This document shows positions 42,157 to 55,071 of a stretch of 64,000 bases of DNA, in pieces. The stretch is from an uncultured delta proteobacterium (lineage in GTDB: Bacteria; Myxococcota; Myxococcia; Myxococcales; Myxococcaceae): NCBI GenBank assembly GCA_963776345.1, contig CAVZMH010000015.1, positions 558,837 to 622,836 of the forward strand, given 5' to 3'. The number at the start of each line of letters is the position of its first letter. The stretch's first letter is position 1. The notes under the pieces are model-generated. The model worked only from the letters and a program-made list of their open reading frames with translations, had not been told where the DNA came from and made no database searches. Both the position numbers and the translations under genes were made by a program.

Positions 42157-44628
42157 ATGAGACTGGGGAAGTACCAGCTGCTCCGCAAGCTCGCCACCGG
42201 CGGCATGGCCGAGGTGTTCCTCGCCAAGACCGACGGGCCGATGGGGTTCGAGAAGCTGCTGGTCATCAAGCGCATCCTCCCGAACCTGGCGCAGGACCCG
42301 CAGTTCATCGAGATGTTCCTCGCCGAGGCGAAGCTGGCGGCGCAGCTCAACCACCCGAATCTGGTGACGCTGTTCGACTTCGGGCAGGCCGAGGGCAGCT
42401 ACTTCATCGCCATGGAGTACATCGACGGGCCCACGCTCCGTCTGCTCCTCGCCCGTGCACGCGACCTCCAGGCCCCCATCTCGCTCGCCCTCGCCGCGCG
42501 CATCGTGTCCTCCGCCGCCGAGGGGCTGGCCTACGCGCACGACTTCCGCGACCAGGTGACGGGCGAGCCGCTGCACCTCATCCACCGCGACGTCAGCCCG
42601 GACAACATCCTCGTCGGCCGGAGCGGCGCGGTGAAGCTGGTGGACTTCGGCATCGCCAAGGCGCGCGGACAGAGCCACCACACCCAGGCCGGCACGGTGA
42701 AGGGCAAGGTGGCGTACATGGCCCCGGAGCAGCTGCGGGGCGAGCCGCTCGACCTGCGGGTGGACCTGTACGCGCTGGGGGTCGTGCTCTACGAGCTGTG
42801 CACCGGGCGCATGCCCCACGAGGCGAGCAGCGACGCGAGCATGGTGCGCGCGGTGCTCTACGAGTCCGCCATCCCGGCCGTGCGCCGCGTGCCCACCCTG
42901 CCCCGGGCGCTCCAGGCCATCCTCGATCGGCTCCTGGCGAAGGACCGCGCGGCGCGCTACCCGGACTGCCGCACGCTGCACAGCGACCTCGAGCAGTTCA
43001 TCCAGTCCACCGGCGAGCCCACCAACGGGTTCGCGCTCTCGCGCCTGGTGGCCCAGCTCGCACCCATGTCGCCGCCGACGACGCCGACGCCGGTCCGCGA
43101 GATGGAGGTCCCTGCCGGGGTCGCCGCCTCCGCGTTCGCCCCGGCCGGCCCCATCCTCCGGAGCGAGCCCGTCGCCGGCGTACCGCAGCCGGCGCCGCTG
43201 GAGAGTCTCGGCCTCGACCGCACCGTGCGCTCGGAGCCGCGCCGCTCGCCCGCGCCCTCGATGGCCGCGATCGAGCCGAAGCGCGCCGACACCCCGCAGC
43301 GCGCGCACGGCACGTCGGCGTTCGTCTTCCCCACCGCGCTGGGGGAGGAGCGGGGCTCGGCGCCCGTTCCGCTCGGGCTCGACCGGAGAGGGTCGCGGAG
43401 GGACATCCCGAGGGCCCGGGGGGGAGGTGGATTCCTCCGCGTGGTCGCCCTGCTCGCGCTCTTCCTCGTCCTCGCCGCGGTCGGCGCGTACCTGGGCCTC
43501 GCCGCCGCGCAGCGCACGGACCTGCTCGCGCGCATGGGCCTGCCGGTGCCCGGAACACCGGCCCCGGTCGCGAGCACTCCTTCCGCCTCGGTTCCGGCGC
43601 AGACCACGCCTCCCGCGGTGACCGGTCCGGCACGGGCCACGGAGAAGGACCCCGCGACCACGACGCCGGTCGCTCCGAGCAGCAGCAGCGCGGCCGCGCC
43701 CCCGGCCCGGAAGCCCGAGCCCGCGGCGGCCCCTTCGGACAAGAGCGCGGCAACGGCGAGCACCGCGACGGGAGAGGCGCCCCCGAGCACCGGGGGCCCG
43801 GCGCAGCGCGAGCCGGCTGCGACGACGGCGGCGGCGCAGGGGAGCGCCGGGGCAGGTGAACCGGCTGCCTCCGCGCCTGAAAGCGCCGGCCCGGGAGCGC
43901 TCACCGTCGCCGCCGGCAGCACCGGGCGGGGCGAGGCGCCTCCCTCCGATTCGTCCCCGGCCGAGCCGAGCCCGGCCACGGCCGCGTCCACCCCGCCTGC
44001 CGAGCGCGCTGGAGCGCCGCCCGGCGCCGCGACGGGGACCACCGACGAGGCACCTGCCTCCGCCGACACCGCGCGAACCGGACCGGCCGCAACGAGCTCC
44101 GCGCCCGCGCAGAAGAGCCCGGCGACCGCGCTCGAGGTCGCGCGCCGGGCGCGCCGGGAGACTGACCGGGAGAAGCTCCTCGGGGCCTTCGCCGAGGTCG
44201 AGGCGGGGAAGGAGTCGACGGTGCTGCTGGAGAGCACGCCACACCTCCGCGTCCGCATGGGCGGCAAGATCATCGGGACCACGCCCGTGCCTCTCAAGGT
44301 GCCGGCGTCCGACGACCCGGTGGAGCTCGAGTTCTTCGACACCGGCCTCGGGGTGTCGCATCCCGAGCAGCTCGTCCTGAAGCCCGGCGACAACGGCACC
44401 CACAAGGTGGTGATCCCCAAGGGGAAGCTGGAGCTCAAGCTGCAGGACGGCGTGGCAGTGACCATCGACAGCAAGTCCGTGGGCAGGACGCCGATGGCCC
44501 CGGTGTCGCTCTACGAGGGCCGGCACGTGGTCCAGCTCATCCGGGGAGACCTGAAGGAGCGCCGCACGCTCGACATCCACGGCAACGAGACCGAGGTCCT
44601 CGAGTTCACCTTCCCGGAGGCCGAATGA
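42157..44628 (+). CDS. Membrane Ser/Thr protein kinase with Ala/Pro/Thr linker and PEGA-like C-terminus
   Basis: [28 protein letters not shown]; one TM helix; GTTP/GRTP motifs. Confidence 0.93.
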   Translation: MRLGKYQLLRKLATGGMAEVFLAKTDGPMGFEKLLVIKRILPNLAQDPQFIEMFLAEAKLAAQLNHPNLVTLFDFGQAEGSYFIAMEYIDGPTLRLLLARARDLQAPISLALAARIVSSAAEGLAYAHDFRDQVTGEPLHLIHRDVSPDNILVGRSGAVKLVDFGIAKARGQSHHTQAGTVKGKVAYMAPEQLRGEPLDLRVDLYALGVVLYELCTGRMPHEASSDASMVRAVLYESAIPAVRRVPTLPRALQAILDRLLAKDRAARYPDCRTLHSDLEQFIQSTGEPTNGFALSRLVAQLAPMSPPTTPTPVREMEVPAGVAASAFAPAGPILRSEPVAGVPQPAPLESLGLDRTVRSEPRRSPAPSMAAIEPKRADTPQRAHGTSAFVFPTALGEERGSAPVPLGLDRRGSRRDIPRARGGGGFLRVVALLALFLVLAAVGAYLGLAAAQRTDLLARMGLPVPGTPAPVASTPSASVPAQTTPPAVTGPARATEKDPATTTPVAPSSSSAAAPPARKPEPAAAPSDKSAATASTATGEAPPSTGGPAQREPAATTAAAQGSAGAGEPAASAPESAGPGALTVAAGSTGRGEAPPSDSSPAEPSPATAASTPPAERAGAPPGAATGTTDEAPASADTARTGPAATSSAPAQKSPATALEVARRARRETDREKLLGAFAEVEAGKESTVLLESTPHLRVRMGGKIIGTTPVPLKVPASDDPVELEFFDTGLGVSHPEQLVLKPGDNGTHKVVIPKGKLELKLQDGVAVTIDSKSVGRTPMAPVSLYEGRHVVQLIRGDLKERRTLDIHGNETEVLEFTFPEAE

Positions 44629-45101
44629 GCATCCCCCACGACGCGGAGCACTGGCGGCTGCACGGGGTCCGCGTGGTCCACGGCTCCGAGCTCGACCCGA
44701 ACACCGCGCAGACGCCGGGAATGAGCCGGGCCGCGGCCATCACCCACGCCCGCGCCGGCGCGGAGAAGCTCTGGGCCGGCACCGTCACCATCCACCCGAG
44801 CGCGAAGACCGGGGCGCACCACCACGGCGCGCTCGAGTCCATCATCTACGTGGTGAAGGGCCAGGCCCGCATGCGCTGGGGCGAGCGCCTGGAGTTCACC
44901 GCCGAGGCCGGCCCGGGCGACTTCATCTTCGTGCCGCCCTACGTCCCCCACCAGGAGATCAACGCCGCGGACGAGCCGCTGGAGTGCGTGCTGGTCCGCA
45001 GCGGCATGGACCCGGTGGTGGTGAACCTCGACATCACGCCGATAGAAGCGCCGGAGTCGGTGCACTGGGTGGACGACGTCCACCGCGCGCCCGGCCGCTG
45101 A
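44625..45101 (+). CDS. Cupin domain protein
   Basis: [27 protein letters not shown]. Confidence 0.9.
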   Translation: MSIPHDAEHWRLHGVRVVHGSELDPNTAQTPGMSRAAAITHARAGAEKLWAGTVTIHPSAKTGAHHHGALESIIYVVKGQARMRWGERLEFTAEAGPGDFIFVPPYVPHQEINAADEPLECVLVRSGMDPVVVNLDITPIEAPESVHWVDDVHRAPGR

Positions 45102-45198
45102 GATTCGCGCGACCCAGGAGGGTCATCGAAGACATCGGCGGCTCGCTGGACGCGGAGAGTGCACCTCTGCTTCATTCTTTCGTCAGCAGTGTTCAGCC

Positions 45199-46569
45199 AT
45201 GGCTCCGATCACCACCACTCGCGACGTCTGCCGCCATTGTGGGGCCGAGTGGCGTCCGGGCTGGGGCCGCTGCCACCGCTGTGGCGCCACGCTGCGAAAC
45301 CGCGTCGCCGCCCCGGTCGAGGGGGCCGAGACCAGGGAGGGATCCGGCCTCGAGCTCGACCGCCGTCCACGCCCGCCGGCCCGCACCCCCGCCGGGGTGT
45401 CCACGGCGCGGCGACCGCGGATCGAGCCGTCCGAGGCCCCGACGCGCGAGCTCGCGCCCGAGCCCCGTCCGCCCGCAGACCCGTCGAGGCTCGTCTCGGT
45501 GGCGCTGGTTCTCTCCGGCGCGCTCGCCGTCCTGCTCGTCGCCCAGGTCCTCTTCCCCGCGGCGCTTCCCTCTCTGGCGGGGCTCGCGGTGCACGCGCTG
45601 CGCGGTGAGCGGGTGGGAGCGCTCCTCTGGCTCGTCGCCTGCGTGCCCTGGGCGTTCACCGGGGCGGTGCTCGGGCTCGCCCTCACCGCGGGTCGGCAGG
45701 CGGTGGGCCGGCCGCTGACGCGTTCACCCCTGGCCGCGACCATCGCCGCCGTCCTGCCGGGAGTCCTCCTCTGGGGCTGGCCGTCGCTCCACGGACATCT
45801 CGCCTCGGCGCTGGTTCGCCGCGGCGGGCGCAAGCGCGCGGCGCTGCTCACCGGCTGGAGCCGGGCGGTGCTCGGGTGCGTGTCGGCCGAGGTGCTGCTC
45901 ACGGCTCTCGACGGGTTCGGGCTGGTGACGCTCCGTCCCGCGGCGCTGGCCGGCGTGGTCGCCATCGCGCTCGCCGCCCGGCAGGGGCACCTCTGCGCGC
46001 TCGGCATCGCGCTCCCGGGCCTCCTGCTCCGGCCCGTGCGGATGGGCGCGCCGCTCCCGAGCCAGCTGGTGTGTCCACAGTGCGGCACCGATGCGCCGAC
46101 GCTCCAGCGCTTCCGCGAGGGGCTCGCCGGCAGCGCCTGCGCGCGCTGCGCCGGGGCGCTGCTCGGTCCGGGCCAGGTCTCCACCCTCCTCTCCATGGCC
46201 CAGGTGGAGGAGGGCGCCTACCGACGGGAGATTCGCCTCGGCGCCGCCGGCACGCGGCCCCTGCCCTGCCCCCAGTGCGGCTCGGCGATGCACGGCATCC
46301 AGCTGCGCACGGTGACCGCCCACGGCTGTCCGGCGTGCGGGAGCCTGTGGGTCGACCGGGTCGGGCTGGCGCGGCTGACCGGCGGACGCCCGGTGCTGAC
46401 GGTCAGCCCGGGACATCCCCCGCGCTCCCCGGGACGCATCTGGCCCCTGCTCGCCGCGGCCGCGGCCCTGCTCGTGGCCGCGCTGCCCTGGGTGGCGGCC
46501 CGGGCCGGATGGTGCCACCCGGAAGGTAGGGCGTGCGCGTCGGCCACCGTCTCCTCGACAATGCGGTGA
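45199..46569 (+). CDS. Multi-pass membrane protein with several zinc ribbons
   Basis: CRHCG..CHRCG; TM helices; CPQCG..CARC; CPQCG..CPACGSLW. Confidence 0.6.
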   Translation: MAPITTTRDVCRHCGAEWRPGWGRCHRCGATLRNRVAAPVEGAETREGSGLELDRRPRPPARTPAGVSTARRPRIEPSEAPTRELAPEPRPPADPSRLVSVALVLSGALAVLLVAQVLFPAALPSLAGLAVHALRGERVGALLWLVACVPWAFTGAVLGLALTAGRQAVGRPLTRSPLAATIAAVLPGVLLWGWPSLHGHLASALVRRGGRKRAALLTGWSRAVLGCVSAEVLLTALDGFGLVTLRPAALAGVVAIALAARQGHLCALGIALPGLLLRPVRMGAPLPSQLVCPQCGTDAPTLQRFREGLAGSACARCAGALLGPGQVSTLLSMAQVEEGAYRREIRLGAAGTRPLPCPQCGSAMHGIQLRTVTAHGCPACGSLWVDRVGLARLTGGRPVLTVSPGHPPRSPGRIWPLLAAAAALLVAALPWVAARAGWCHPEGRACASATVSSTMR

Positions 46570-48422
46570 TGCCCCTCCCCCCGTTTCTCTCGGCCCTCTT
46601 GCTCGCGTCGACGGCGGTGACGGGCGAGGTTCCCCCGCCGCGCTTCGAGGATCCCGCGCGGACGTCGAAGCTCGCCAGCGCGTACGAGGCCGTGGACCGC
46701 GCCTTTCGCCATCCGGTCGAGGCCGGGCTCACCCCGGGGATGGTCTGGGGCATCGTGGTGGACGGCGTCCTGGTGCACTCCGGCGCCGCGGGCCTTCGCG
46801 AGGTGGCCTCGCGGGCGCCGGTCGAGGCGACGACCGCCTTCCGCATCGCCTCGATGACCAAGTCGTTCACCGCCGCGGCCATCCTCCAGCTGCGCGACGC
46901 CGGGAAGCTGTCGCTGGACGACCGGGTGGACCGCTGGGTGTTCGAGATGCGCGGCTGGCGCCCGGCGACGGCGGACGCCGCGCCCGTGACGCTGCGGATG
47001 CTGCTCAGCCACGGCGGCGGATTCCCCGAGGACAACCCCTGGGGCGACCGGCAGCTCGCGCTCCCCGACGCCGCGTTCTCCAGGCTGCTCCAGGGCGGGC
47101 TCCTGCGCTCCACCTCGCCCGCCACCGAGTTCGAGTACTCCAACACCGGCTTCGCGCTGCTCGGTCGGGTGGTGTCCCGCGTCTCGGGAATGCCGTACGC
47201 GGCGTACGTCGAGCGGAGGCTGCTCCGGCCCCTCGGGATGATCTCCACCCACTGGACGGTGAATGGCTTCCCGGAGGCCCAGCGCGCGCATGGATACCGG
47301 AAGACGGCGGCCGGCTTCGAGGAGGAGGCGCCGCTCGGCGACGGCGCCTATGGCCCGATGGGCGGCCTGGTCACCACCGTGCCCGACCTCGCGCGCTGGG
47401 TGGCCTTCCAGCTCCAGGCCTGGCCACCGCGGGACGACCCCGACACCGGGCCTCTGCGCCGCGCCTCCCTCCGGGAAATGCAGTCGCTCGCCCGCGTGGT
47501 GGACCCGCTGGTGAAGCGCGACCACCCGGACGCCCCGCTCTCCCTGTCCACGGGCAGCTACGGCTTCGGGCTGGCCTCCGCCCGGACCTGCACCCTCGAC
47601 CGGGTGGTGGGCCACTCGGGCGGGCTCCCGGGCTGGGGCTCGCAGATGCGGTGGCTGCCCTCCGCCGGGGTGGGCGTCATCGCCTTCACCAACGTGACCT
47701 ACGGCGGATACCGGGACGGGAGCGAGCTCCTGGCGAAGGCGACCTACGAGGCGCTCGATGTGCTCCAGCGCTCCGGCGGTCTTCAGCCGCGCAAGCCGGT
47801 CCCTGCGCCGGCGCTCCTGGCCGTCCAGACGGGTGTGAACCGGCTCCTCGCGGCGTGGGACGACGCCCAGGCCCGTCAGCTCGCGGCGGAGAACTTCTTC
47901 CTCGACACGCCCCTCGAGGCGCGCCGCAAGGAGTTCGAGGAGCTCCGGGTCCGCCACGGCGCCTGCCGGCCCGAGGGCGCGCTCGACGCCGAGAATGCGC
48001 TGCGTGGCCACTGGACGCTCCGCTGCGAGCGGGGCACGGTCCGCCTCTTCGCCACCGTCGCCCCGCCCGGGAAGCTCCAGGATCTCGACGTCACCTCCGC
48101 GCTCCCGCCGGACCCACGGATGGGCCAGGCGATGACGGCCCTCCTCGGGCTCGCCCCGGCATGGAACGACGAGAGCGCCGGTGCGCTGCTCGGGCCCGCG
48201 GTGGACCGGGCGGCGCTCCGGCGGCAGCTGGCCGCGCTGACGGCCTTGCACGGCGCCTGTCGGGCGGGCGAGCCGGTGGGCGGCGACGGACGGCTCCGCA
48301 CCACCGTGCCGCTCACCTGCGAGCAGCGCCCGGCGAAGGTGACCGTCGAGCTCGACGACGCCTCCGGGCGGGTGACCGCCGTGCGCTTCGGCAAGCCGGA
48401 AGGGGCGATCTGCCCCGACTAG
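46569..48422 (+). CDS. Secreted serine hydrolase, beta-lactamase/PBP-like
   Basis: Signal peptide; IASMTK (SxxK), EYSN, GHSGG. Confidence 0.9.
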   Translation: MPLPPFLSALLLASTAVTGEVPPPRFEDPARTSKLASAYEAVDRAFRHPVEAGLTPGMVWGIVVDGVLVHSGAAGLREVASRAPVEATTAFRIASMTKSFTAAAILQLRDAGKLSLDDRVDRWVFEMRGWRPATADAAPVTLRMLLSHGGGFPEDNPWGDRQLALPDAAFSRLLQGGLLRSTSPATEFEYSNTGFALLGRVVSRVSGMPYAAYVERRLLRPLGMISTHWTVNGFPEAQRAHGYRKTAAGFEEEAPLGDGAYGPMGGLVTTVPDLARWVAFQLQAWPPRDDPDTGPLRRASLREMQSLARVVDPLVKRDHPDAPLSLSTGSYGFGLASARTCTLDRVVGHSGGLPGWGSQMRWLPSAGVGVIAFTNVTYGGYRDGSELLAKATYEALDVLQRSGGLQPRKPVPAPALLAVQTGVNRLLAAWDDAQARQLAAENFFLDTPLEARRKEFEELRVRHGACRPEGALDAENALRGHWTLRCERGTVRLFATVAPPGKLQDLDVTSALPPDPRMGQAMTALLGLAPAWNDESAGALLGPAVDRAALRRQLAALTALHGACRAGEPVGGDGRLRTTVPLTCEQRPAKVTVELDDASGRVTAVRFGKPEGAICPD

Positions 48423-48515
48423 CGCCCGTGGTGGCCCGCCGGAGGGAGGTGCCGCCAGGCGCTTGCGCGGACGCGGATTTGCCAGTACGAGAGCGGCTCC
48501 GGTCCGTCGTTCCTT

Positions 48516-49976
<1,461 letters not shown>

Positions 49977-50004
49977 GGCCCAGCCCCTCTCTCGCCGCAG
50001 GACT

Positions 50005-50265
50005 CTAGCTCGGCGGGCTGCTCCGTCTCAGGCCGCGGACGGCTCCCTCCACCCGCGTCTGTTCCAGCCAGGCACGGATTTCCTGGGGGCTGAACCGCAC
50101 GGCGCCACCCAGCCGGTAGTGCGGCAGCTCGTTGCGGGCGATGCGCTCGTAGAGCCACGTTCTGCGCATCCGGGTGAACGCCAGGACGTCGGCCACGGTC
50201 CAGAGCGGTTCGGGGGTGGGTTGGTCGTCTGTGGGGCTCACTCGGGACGTCTCCACCCCTCCCAT
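50005..50265 (-). CDS. Excisionase-like HTH protein upstream of int
   Basis: LWTVADV..WLY..LPHYRLGGAVRF..IRAWL (HTH_17-like). Confidence 0.85.
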   Translation of the reverse strand: MGGVETSRVSPTDDQPTPEPLWTVADVLAFTRMRRTWLYERIARNELPHYRLGGAVRFSPQEIRAWLEQTRVEGAVRGLRRSSPPS

Positions 50266-50701
50266 GGCGTCGTTGTCAGCAGACAGAGTCCTAAGTGGAT
50301 TCTATTTGGCTCCTCTTCTCAAACCGGACGCCTTGAGAACGGCCGCGGAACCGTGAACCCGCGAACGGGGCTCCTCCGGAGCCACAGTCCCGCCGGACCC
50401 CACGGAGGAGTGACGACCCGTCCAGATTCCGTCGGGTTAGTCCAGCCCGGTCCAGCCTGGACATGGCCCCATCCGACCCGCTACGGCACAAGCGAAGCAC
50501 ACGGTCTCCCGACCACGTGCCAGGGGGATTAGAGTCACCGAGAAATCGGAGCTGGTTCAGAGACCTGCTTCCTATCCCGTCCCGAGCCAGCTTAGAGCGA
50601 GTCCGGCTCCCACCGGTCTGGATTTCGTGGTGCAGGTCAGAACGATGACTGCTTCGTCAGGGCGACACGATCCGCAGGTGTCAGGACAACAAGTGCGCGC
50701 C

Positions 50702-52156
50702 ATGAGAGTTCCCCGCGTCGGGCGGCGCATTCTCGTGATCGCGCTGGGTGTCGTTACGACGGCCTGCGCTGTTGCATGCAGAGAGAAGCCTTCCACGTCG
50801 ACATCGAAGGCGATCATCATCGACCCATCGGCGGAAGCACCGCAGGGTTCATCGATCCGTGATGCATCGGCCGCCGAGACACCCGCCGCACGGCAATTTG
50901 CCGCCTGGCTGACCGCCTTCAACTCCGGGAACCGCGGCGCGCTCGTTGCGTATCATCAGCAACACTTCCCCTACGAGGTTGCGAGCGAGGAAGTGGCGGG
51001 CATCGATCGTGAGTTCGGGTTGAGCCAGGACACAGGTGGATTCGACCTGAAGAGGCCCGAGAGCCCCACGTCGACGCGTATCGTCGCCATTCTCAAGGAG
51101 CGGCACTCCGATCAATTTGCTCGAGCCACCATGCAGGTCGACGCCGCAGAGCCTCACCGCGTTGTCGGTTTCGAGATTCATCCCATTCAGACGCCAGATG
51201 AATTCCTCTCCGCGGAAGAACGGAAGCCGCCGAAGGTCGACGATGCCAAGCGTCGATTTCTGATCGACGGAATCGCGATTGAGTTGGAGGCCCATTACGT
51301 CGACCCTGACAAGGCCAAGCAAATGATTGCCGCCCTTCGCGATCATCTCCTGCGCGGGGACTACGACAAGATCAGGCAAGGTGAAGAGTTCGCCGCGGCG
51401 GTCACGAAGGACCTCCGCGACGTCAGCCACGACCTTCACCTCGAACTCATCTTCGGGCGGCGTCCGAGGGGCCCGGAGCCGACGCTCGACGATCCGAGCG
51501 CGAAGGCTCGCGCGATGAACTACGGATTCGGTCCGATCGAGCGCATGGCAGGTAACGTCGCTCACCTGGTCATCAACAACTTCCCGCCGATACGCGATGA
51601 CGAGGCGCGCGAAAGGGTTGCGCATCTGATGAGCCGGGCGGCCGATGCCGATGCGCTTCTGGTCGACCTGCGCAACAACGGCGGTGGCTCACCCGACACC
51701 GTCGCGCTGATCGCGAGCTATCTCTTCGACGAGACCCCCGTCCACCTCAACGATATGTTCTCCCGCGACACTGGCTCGGTCCGACAATCCTGGACGGTGC
51801 GTGATCTTCGAGGGACGCGCTTCGGTGGCCAGAAGCCCGTGTACGTGCTCACCAGCAAGCGGACGTTTTCCGGTGGAGAGGAGTTCGCGTACGATCTGCA
51901 ATCCCTTCATCGGGCGAAGATCGTTGGTGAGACGACGGGAGGCGGCGCGCACCCGACGGCCCGACACAAGCTCGACGAGTGGTTTGCAATCCGTGTGCCT
52001 TGGGGGCGCCCGGTCAACCCGGTGACCAAGACCAACTGGGAGGGCGTAGGCGTCGTGCCCGACATTGCGGTGACGGCCGACTCGGCACTCGACGAGGCGC
52101 ACCGGCGCGCCCTCGACGACGTCTCGTCCAGGAACAAACGTCCGGCGCGACCGTGA
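50702..52156 (+). CDS. S41 family peptidase lipoprotein
   Basis: DLRNNGGG, TFSGGEEFAY, GETTGGGA, WEGVGVVPD. Confidence 0.9.
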   Translation: MRVPRVGRRILVIALGVVTTACAVACREKPSTSTSKAIIIDPSAEAPQGSSIRDASAAETPAARQFAAWLTAFNSGNRGALVAYHQQHFPYEVASEEVAGIDREFGLSQDTGGFDLKRPESPTSTRIVAILKERHSDQFARATMQVDAAEPHRVVGFEIHPIQTPDEFLSAEERKPPKVDDAKRRFLIDGIAIELEAHYVDPDKAKQMIAALRDHLLRGDYDKIRQGEEFAAAVTKDLRDVSHDLHLELIFGRRPRGPEPTLDDPSAKARAMNYGFGPIERMAGNVAHLVINNFPPIRDDEARERVAHLMSRAADADALLVDLRNNGGGSPDTVALIASYLFDETPVHLNDMFSRDTGSVRQSWTVRDLRGTRFGGQKPVYVLTSKRTFSGGEEFAYDLQSLHRAKIVGETTGGGAHPTARHKLDEWFAIRVPWGRPVNPVTKTNWEGVGVVPDIAVTADSALDEAHRRALDDVSSRNKRPARP

Positions 52157-52328
52157 TCAACACGCGTTAGAAGTGACAAGCCGCCCTGAAATACAACAAC
52201 GACCTCGCCGGGAGGCTCCGGACGCTGCTCCAGGCCCATCCGACTCACGGTGGGAGCTGGCCAGCCGATCCTCGCCGTGAACCGGCCGTCGCCCTCCCCC
52301 GCGGTCCCGCCCCAGCACCCAACCCTTG

Positions 52329-54774
52329 CTAGCGTCGGGCCGGAGCTAACCCGTTCAGCAGATAGAGGCTGCCGAGCCACTTGCCGTAACCAAGGACCAT
52401 GTCGCGACCATCCGGGGTGAGATAGATGCTATCTATCCAGCTGACGCCAGCCACATCCGCCGGAGAAACGGTCCGTTCTTCGAGGGCTTTCCCGCTACGA
52501 ATGTCGTAACGGACGATGCGAGCCACCTCCGTCCCGGGGCGCCTTATCCAGAGCTGGCCGTCCGCGGCCCACGTGCTTGGTTCGGCACCCTTCCCCACTC
52601 CCGGCAACGGAACAGGGGAGCCCCCGTCCAATGGGTAGAGAGTCAATATCCCGTCGAGGTCGCCGGCTGCCACAACCCGGTCATCGCGCGAAAGCTCCAA
52701 GGGACCGGGGCCGAGAGCAGCTTGAGAGAACGCTCCGGACAGCTCGCGCTTGACCAGCGCCATAAGCTGCGCGCCACCCTCGGCTCGAGTCAGATAGAGC
52801 CCAAAGTGCTTGTCCCCGGCGCGCCGTGCCAGCAACAGAACGCGCGTCCCGTCGTGCAGCCACCGCGCACGAACGACATCCAGCCCAGGAACCGAGACCG
52901 TCTTGCGCGCGCCGACCCCAACAGGAAGCACCGACAGCACATTCTCGTCGTCTTGTTTAGAAAGCACCCACTTTGCGTCTGAGGAAAGAGCAAGTGGCCG
53001 GCCGGGGCCGAGCTTCAGAGGTGGGGACCCATCCGTCGGTCGGACATAGACATAACTGAAACGCTTACCCGTCATGCCGGTCACCACATGGACCAAGACG
53101 TACCGCCCATCCTCCGAGATCCCGGCCGGGAATGTTCCGTCGAGCCAGGAGAGCTGACGTTCCTTTTGGTCGGCCCGCGGAACGAAGCTGATGAGCCCGC
53201 GCGTATCCTCCCTGTTTACTAGCACCTCACCGCTCTTGGAGATGTCCTGCAGGACCATCTCGGAGACTCCCTGATAAACAAGCCGACGCCCTCCAGAGAG
53301 TGGGCTGGCCCAAATGGCATCGTTGGCCGTGAACCACACCTCATCGCCGCGTGGACTCCAGGCCAGTCCGGCCACGTAGGAGTTTGGCACGGATGACAAA
53401 ACGCGAACCTTCCCTTGCGGGTCTACAACCGACACTTTGCGCCCGTTGCTGCCGAAGCCCCCCAGCTGGAAGGCGACGAGGTCCCCACGCGGAGAAACGC
53501 GCGGGTATTCAATGAACTCGCTGCTCTCGAAGACGGGCCTCCCAATTGGCCACTCGAGCTGGAATTTGCCGGCGTCCCATTTCACCACCACCAACTCACC
53601 CGTGGGCGTCCAATCTGCCCACTTGATGTTCTCCGCCAGCTCTCGTGGCGCCCCGCCAGCAGCCGGGACCACCGCTAGCGTCCCCAAATAACTATAACTT
53701 TCAAAAGAACTCATTGACTCCCGCAACAAGACGGCCAAATCCCCATCGGGCGAGACGGCAAGGAGACGGACCTTCCGCAAGCCCAGCGACTGGGCGGCGT
53801 CAAATGCCACAGGGGGCCGCGCGAAGAGTTCCGTTGGCTCACCGTCCCATGCCGCGCTGAAGAGGACCCGACCCTCGGGCGTGAAGCGGCCAGCCGTCAC
53901 TCTTCCCAGTCGAGACGTAATCTGCTCCACCACTGGGATTGGAGAGCGCTGCTCACGCCCAACGATGAACATCGCGGCTCCGAGGCCGAGCGCGACCATC
54001 GTTGCCGCCAATGGCCACAGCCATCGCGCCCTCCGCGAAGCTCTTGGTATCGCTCCCAGAGTGCTCGATGCTGGTGTCGGGCCTGTGGACGACCGAAGCA
54101 GTTCCAGATTGAAAGCCAGGTCACGGGCTGACTGAAACCTCCGCCCAGGCTCCTTCTCGAGGCAACGCTGGACCACCTGTCCCGCCTGGGGGGGGAACGG
54201 AAGGAGGCAGGGACTCCGGCTCGCGATGGAGTATCGCGTACCCGCTCTCTACGACCGGCCCGGCGGGGAACGCTCGGCGTCCGCAAAGCATCTCGTAGAG
54301 CACCGCGCCGAGGCTGAAGAAGTCAGTCCGTGCATCTACCGGGTCACCGCCCACCTGCTCCGGGGACATGTACCCTGGCGTGCCAAGCACCATTCCGGTG
54401 CCCGTGCTGCTGCCGAACGGCGAGACGGTCTCCGCCATCAAGCCGTGGGAAGTGACCGCCTGTGTCGCTTCCAGGAGCTTCGCAATCCCGAAGTCGAGCA
54501 GTTTCACGTGCCCGTCCCGAGTGATGAACACGTTCTCGGGTTTGAGGTCTCGATGGACAATGCCTCTGTCGTGCGCCGCCGCGAGCCCCTTGGCCATCTG
54601 CGCCGCCCAGTCCAGCGCCGTCGCCATGGGGATGGGGCCCTTGGCCAGGCGCTCCCGGAGCGTCTCGCCCTGGAGCAGTTCGGTGACGAAGTAGGGCTTC
54701 CCGTCGTGGAGCCCGACATCGTGGAGGACGACGACGTTCGAGTGCGCGAGCGAGGCTGCGAGCTTGGATTCGCG
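52329..54774 (-). pseudogene. Ser/Thr kinase with TolB/WD40-like beta-propeller; N-lobe lost; frameshift at G8 run 54188-54195
   Basis: HRDLKPEN, DFGIAK, GTPGYMSPEQ present; GxGxxG and VAIK absent, with an IS91-like remnant in their place. Confidence 0.8.
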
Positions 54775-54787
54775 GTGCGCCGCACGC

Positions 54788-55046
54788 GCCATCCTCGAGC
54801 GTCGCTCTAATACTGGAGCACCCGCGGCTCCTTCCGGGCGCTTGCGCTTGCTGCGGCTACCTCCCAGCTCGGCCTCTGCTGAGTGCTGTCTGAGCTTCGA
54901 GACCCGCCCTCCCCTGACGACGGGCCACGCACTGCTCTACCCTCGGCAGCGGTGAGCACCCACGTCGAGCGCCTCCTAGTTCCGTCGCCCTCCCCCTCGC
55001 TGGCTGAAGCGACACGCCCCACATGGTCCGCGGCCCGAAAACCCGG
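54788..55046 (+). mobile_element. IS91-family 3'/ori-end remnant, copy A
   Basis: Diverged direct copy of 56257-56503 (GCCATCCTCGAGC ... TGGTCCGCGGC.CGAAAACCCGG). Confidence 0.55.
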
Positions 55047-55071
55047 TGTGTTTTTATTTGGATCTAGTTGA

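Noticed and set aside
43560..44120. Ala/Pro/Thr-rich stretch in the kinase as a repeat array
   Set aside because: Low-complexity linker without a fixed unit; common in myxobacterial kinases
41104..44628. Apparent 1158-aa and 1151-aa overlapping proteins
   Set aside because: Each is a real gene (Prim-PolC or kinase) extended by an antisense open frame of the other; not fusions
52286..52300. 15-bp match CCGTCGCCCTCCCCC to 54982-54996 as another IS91-like remnant
   Set aside because: Low-complexity C-rich match that I could not extend by eye
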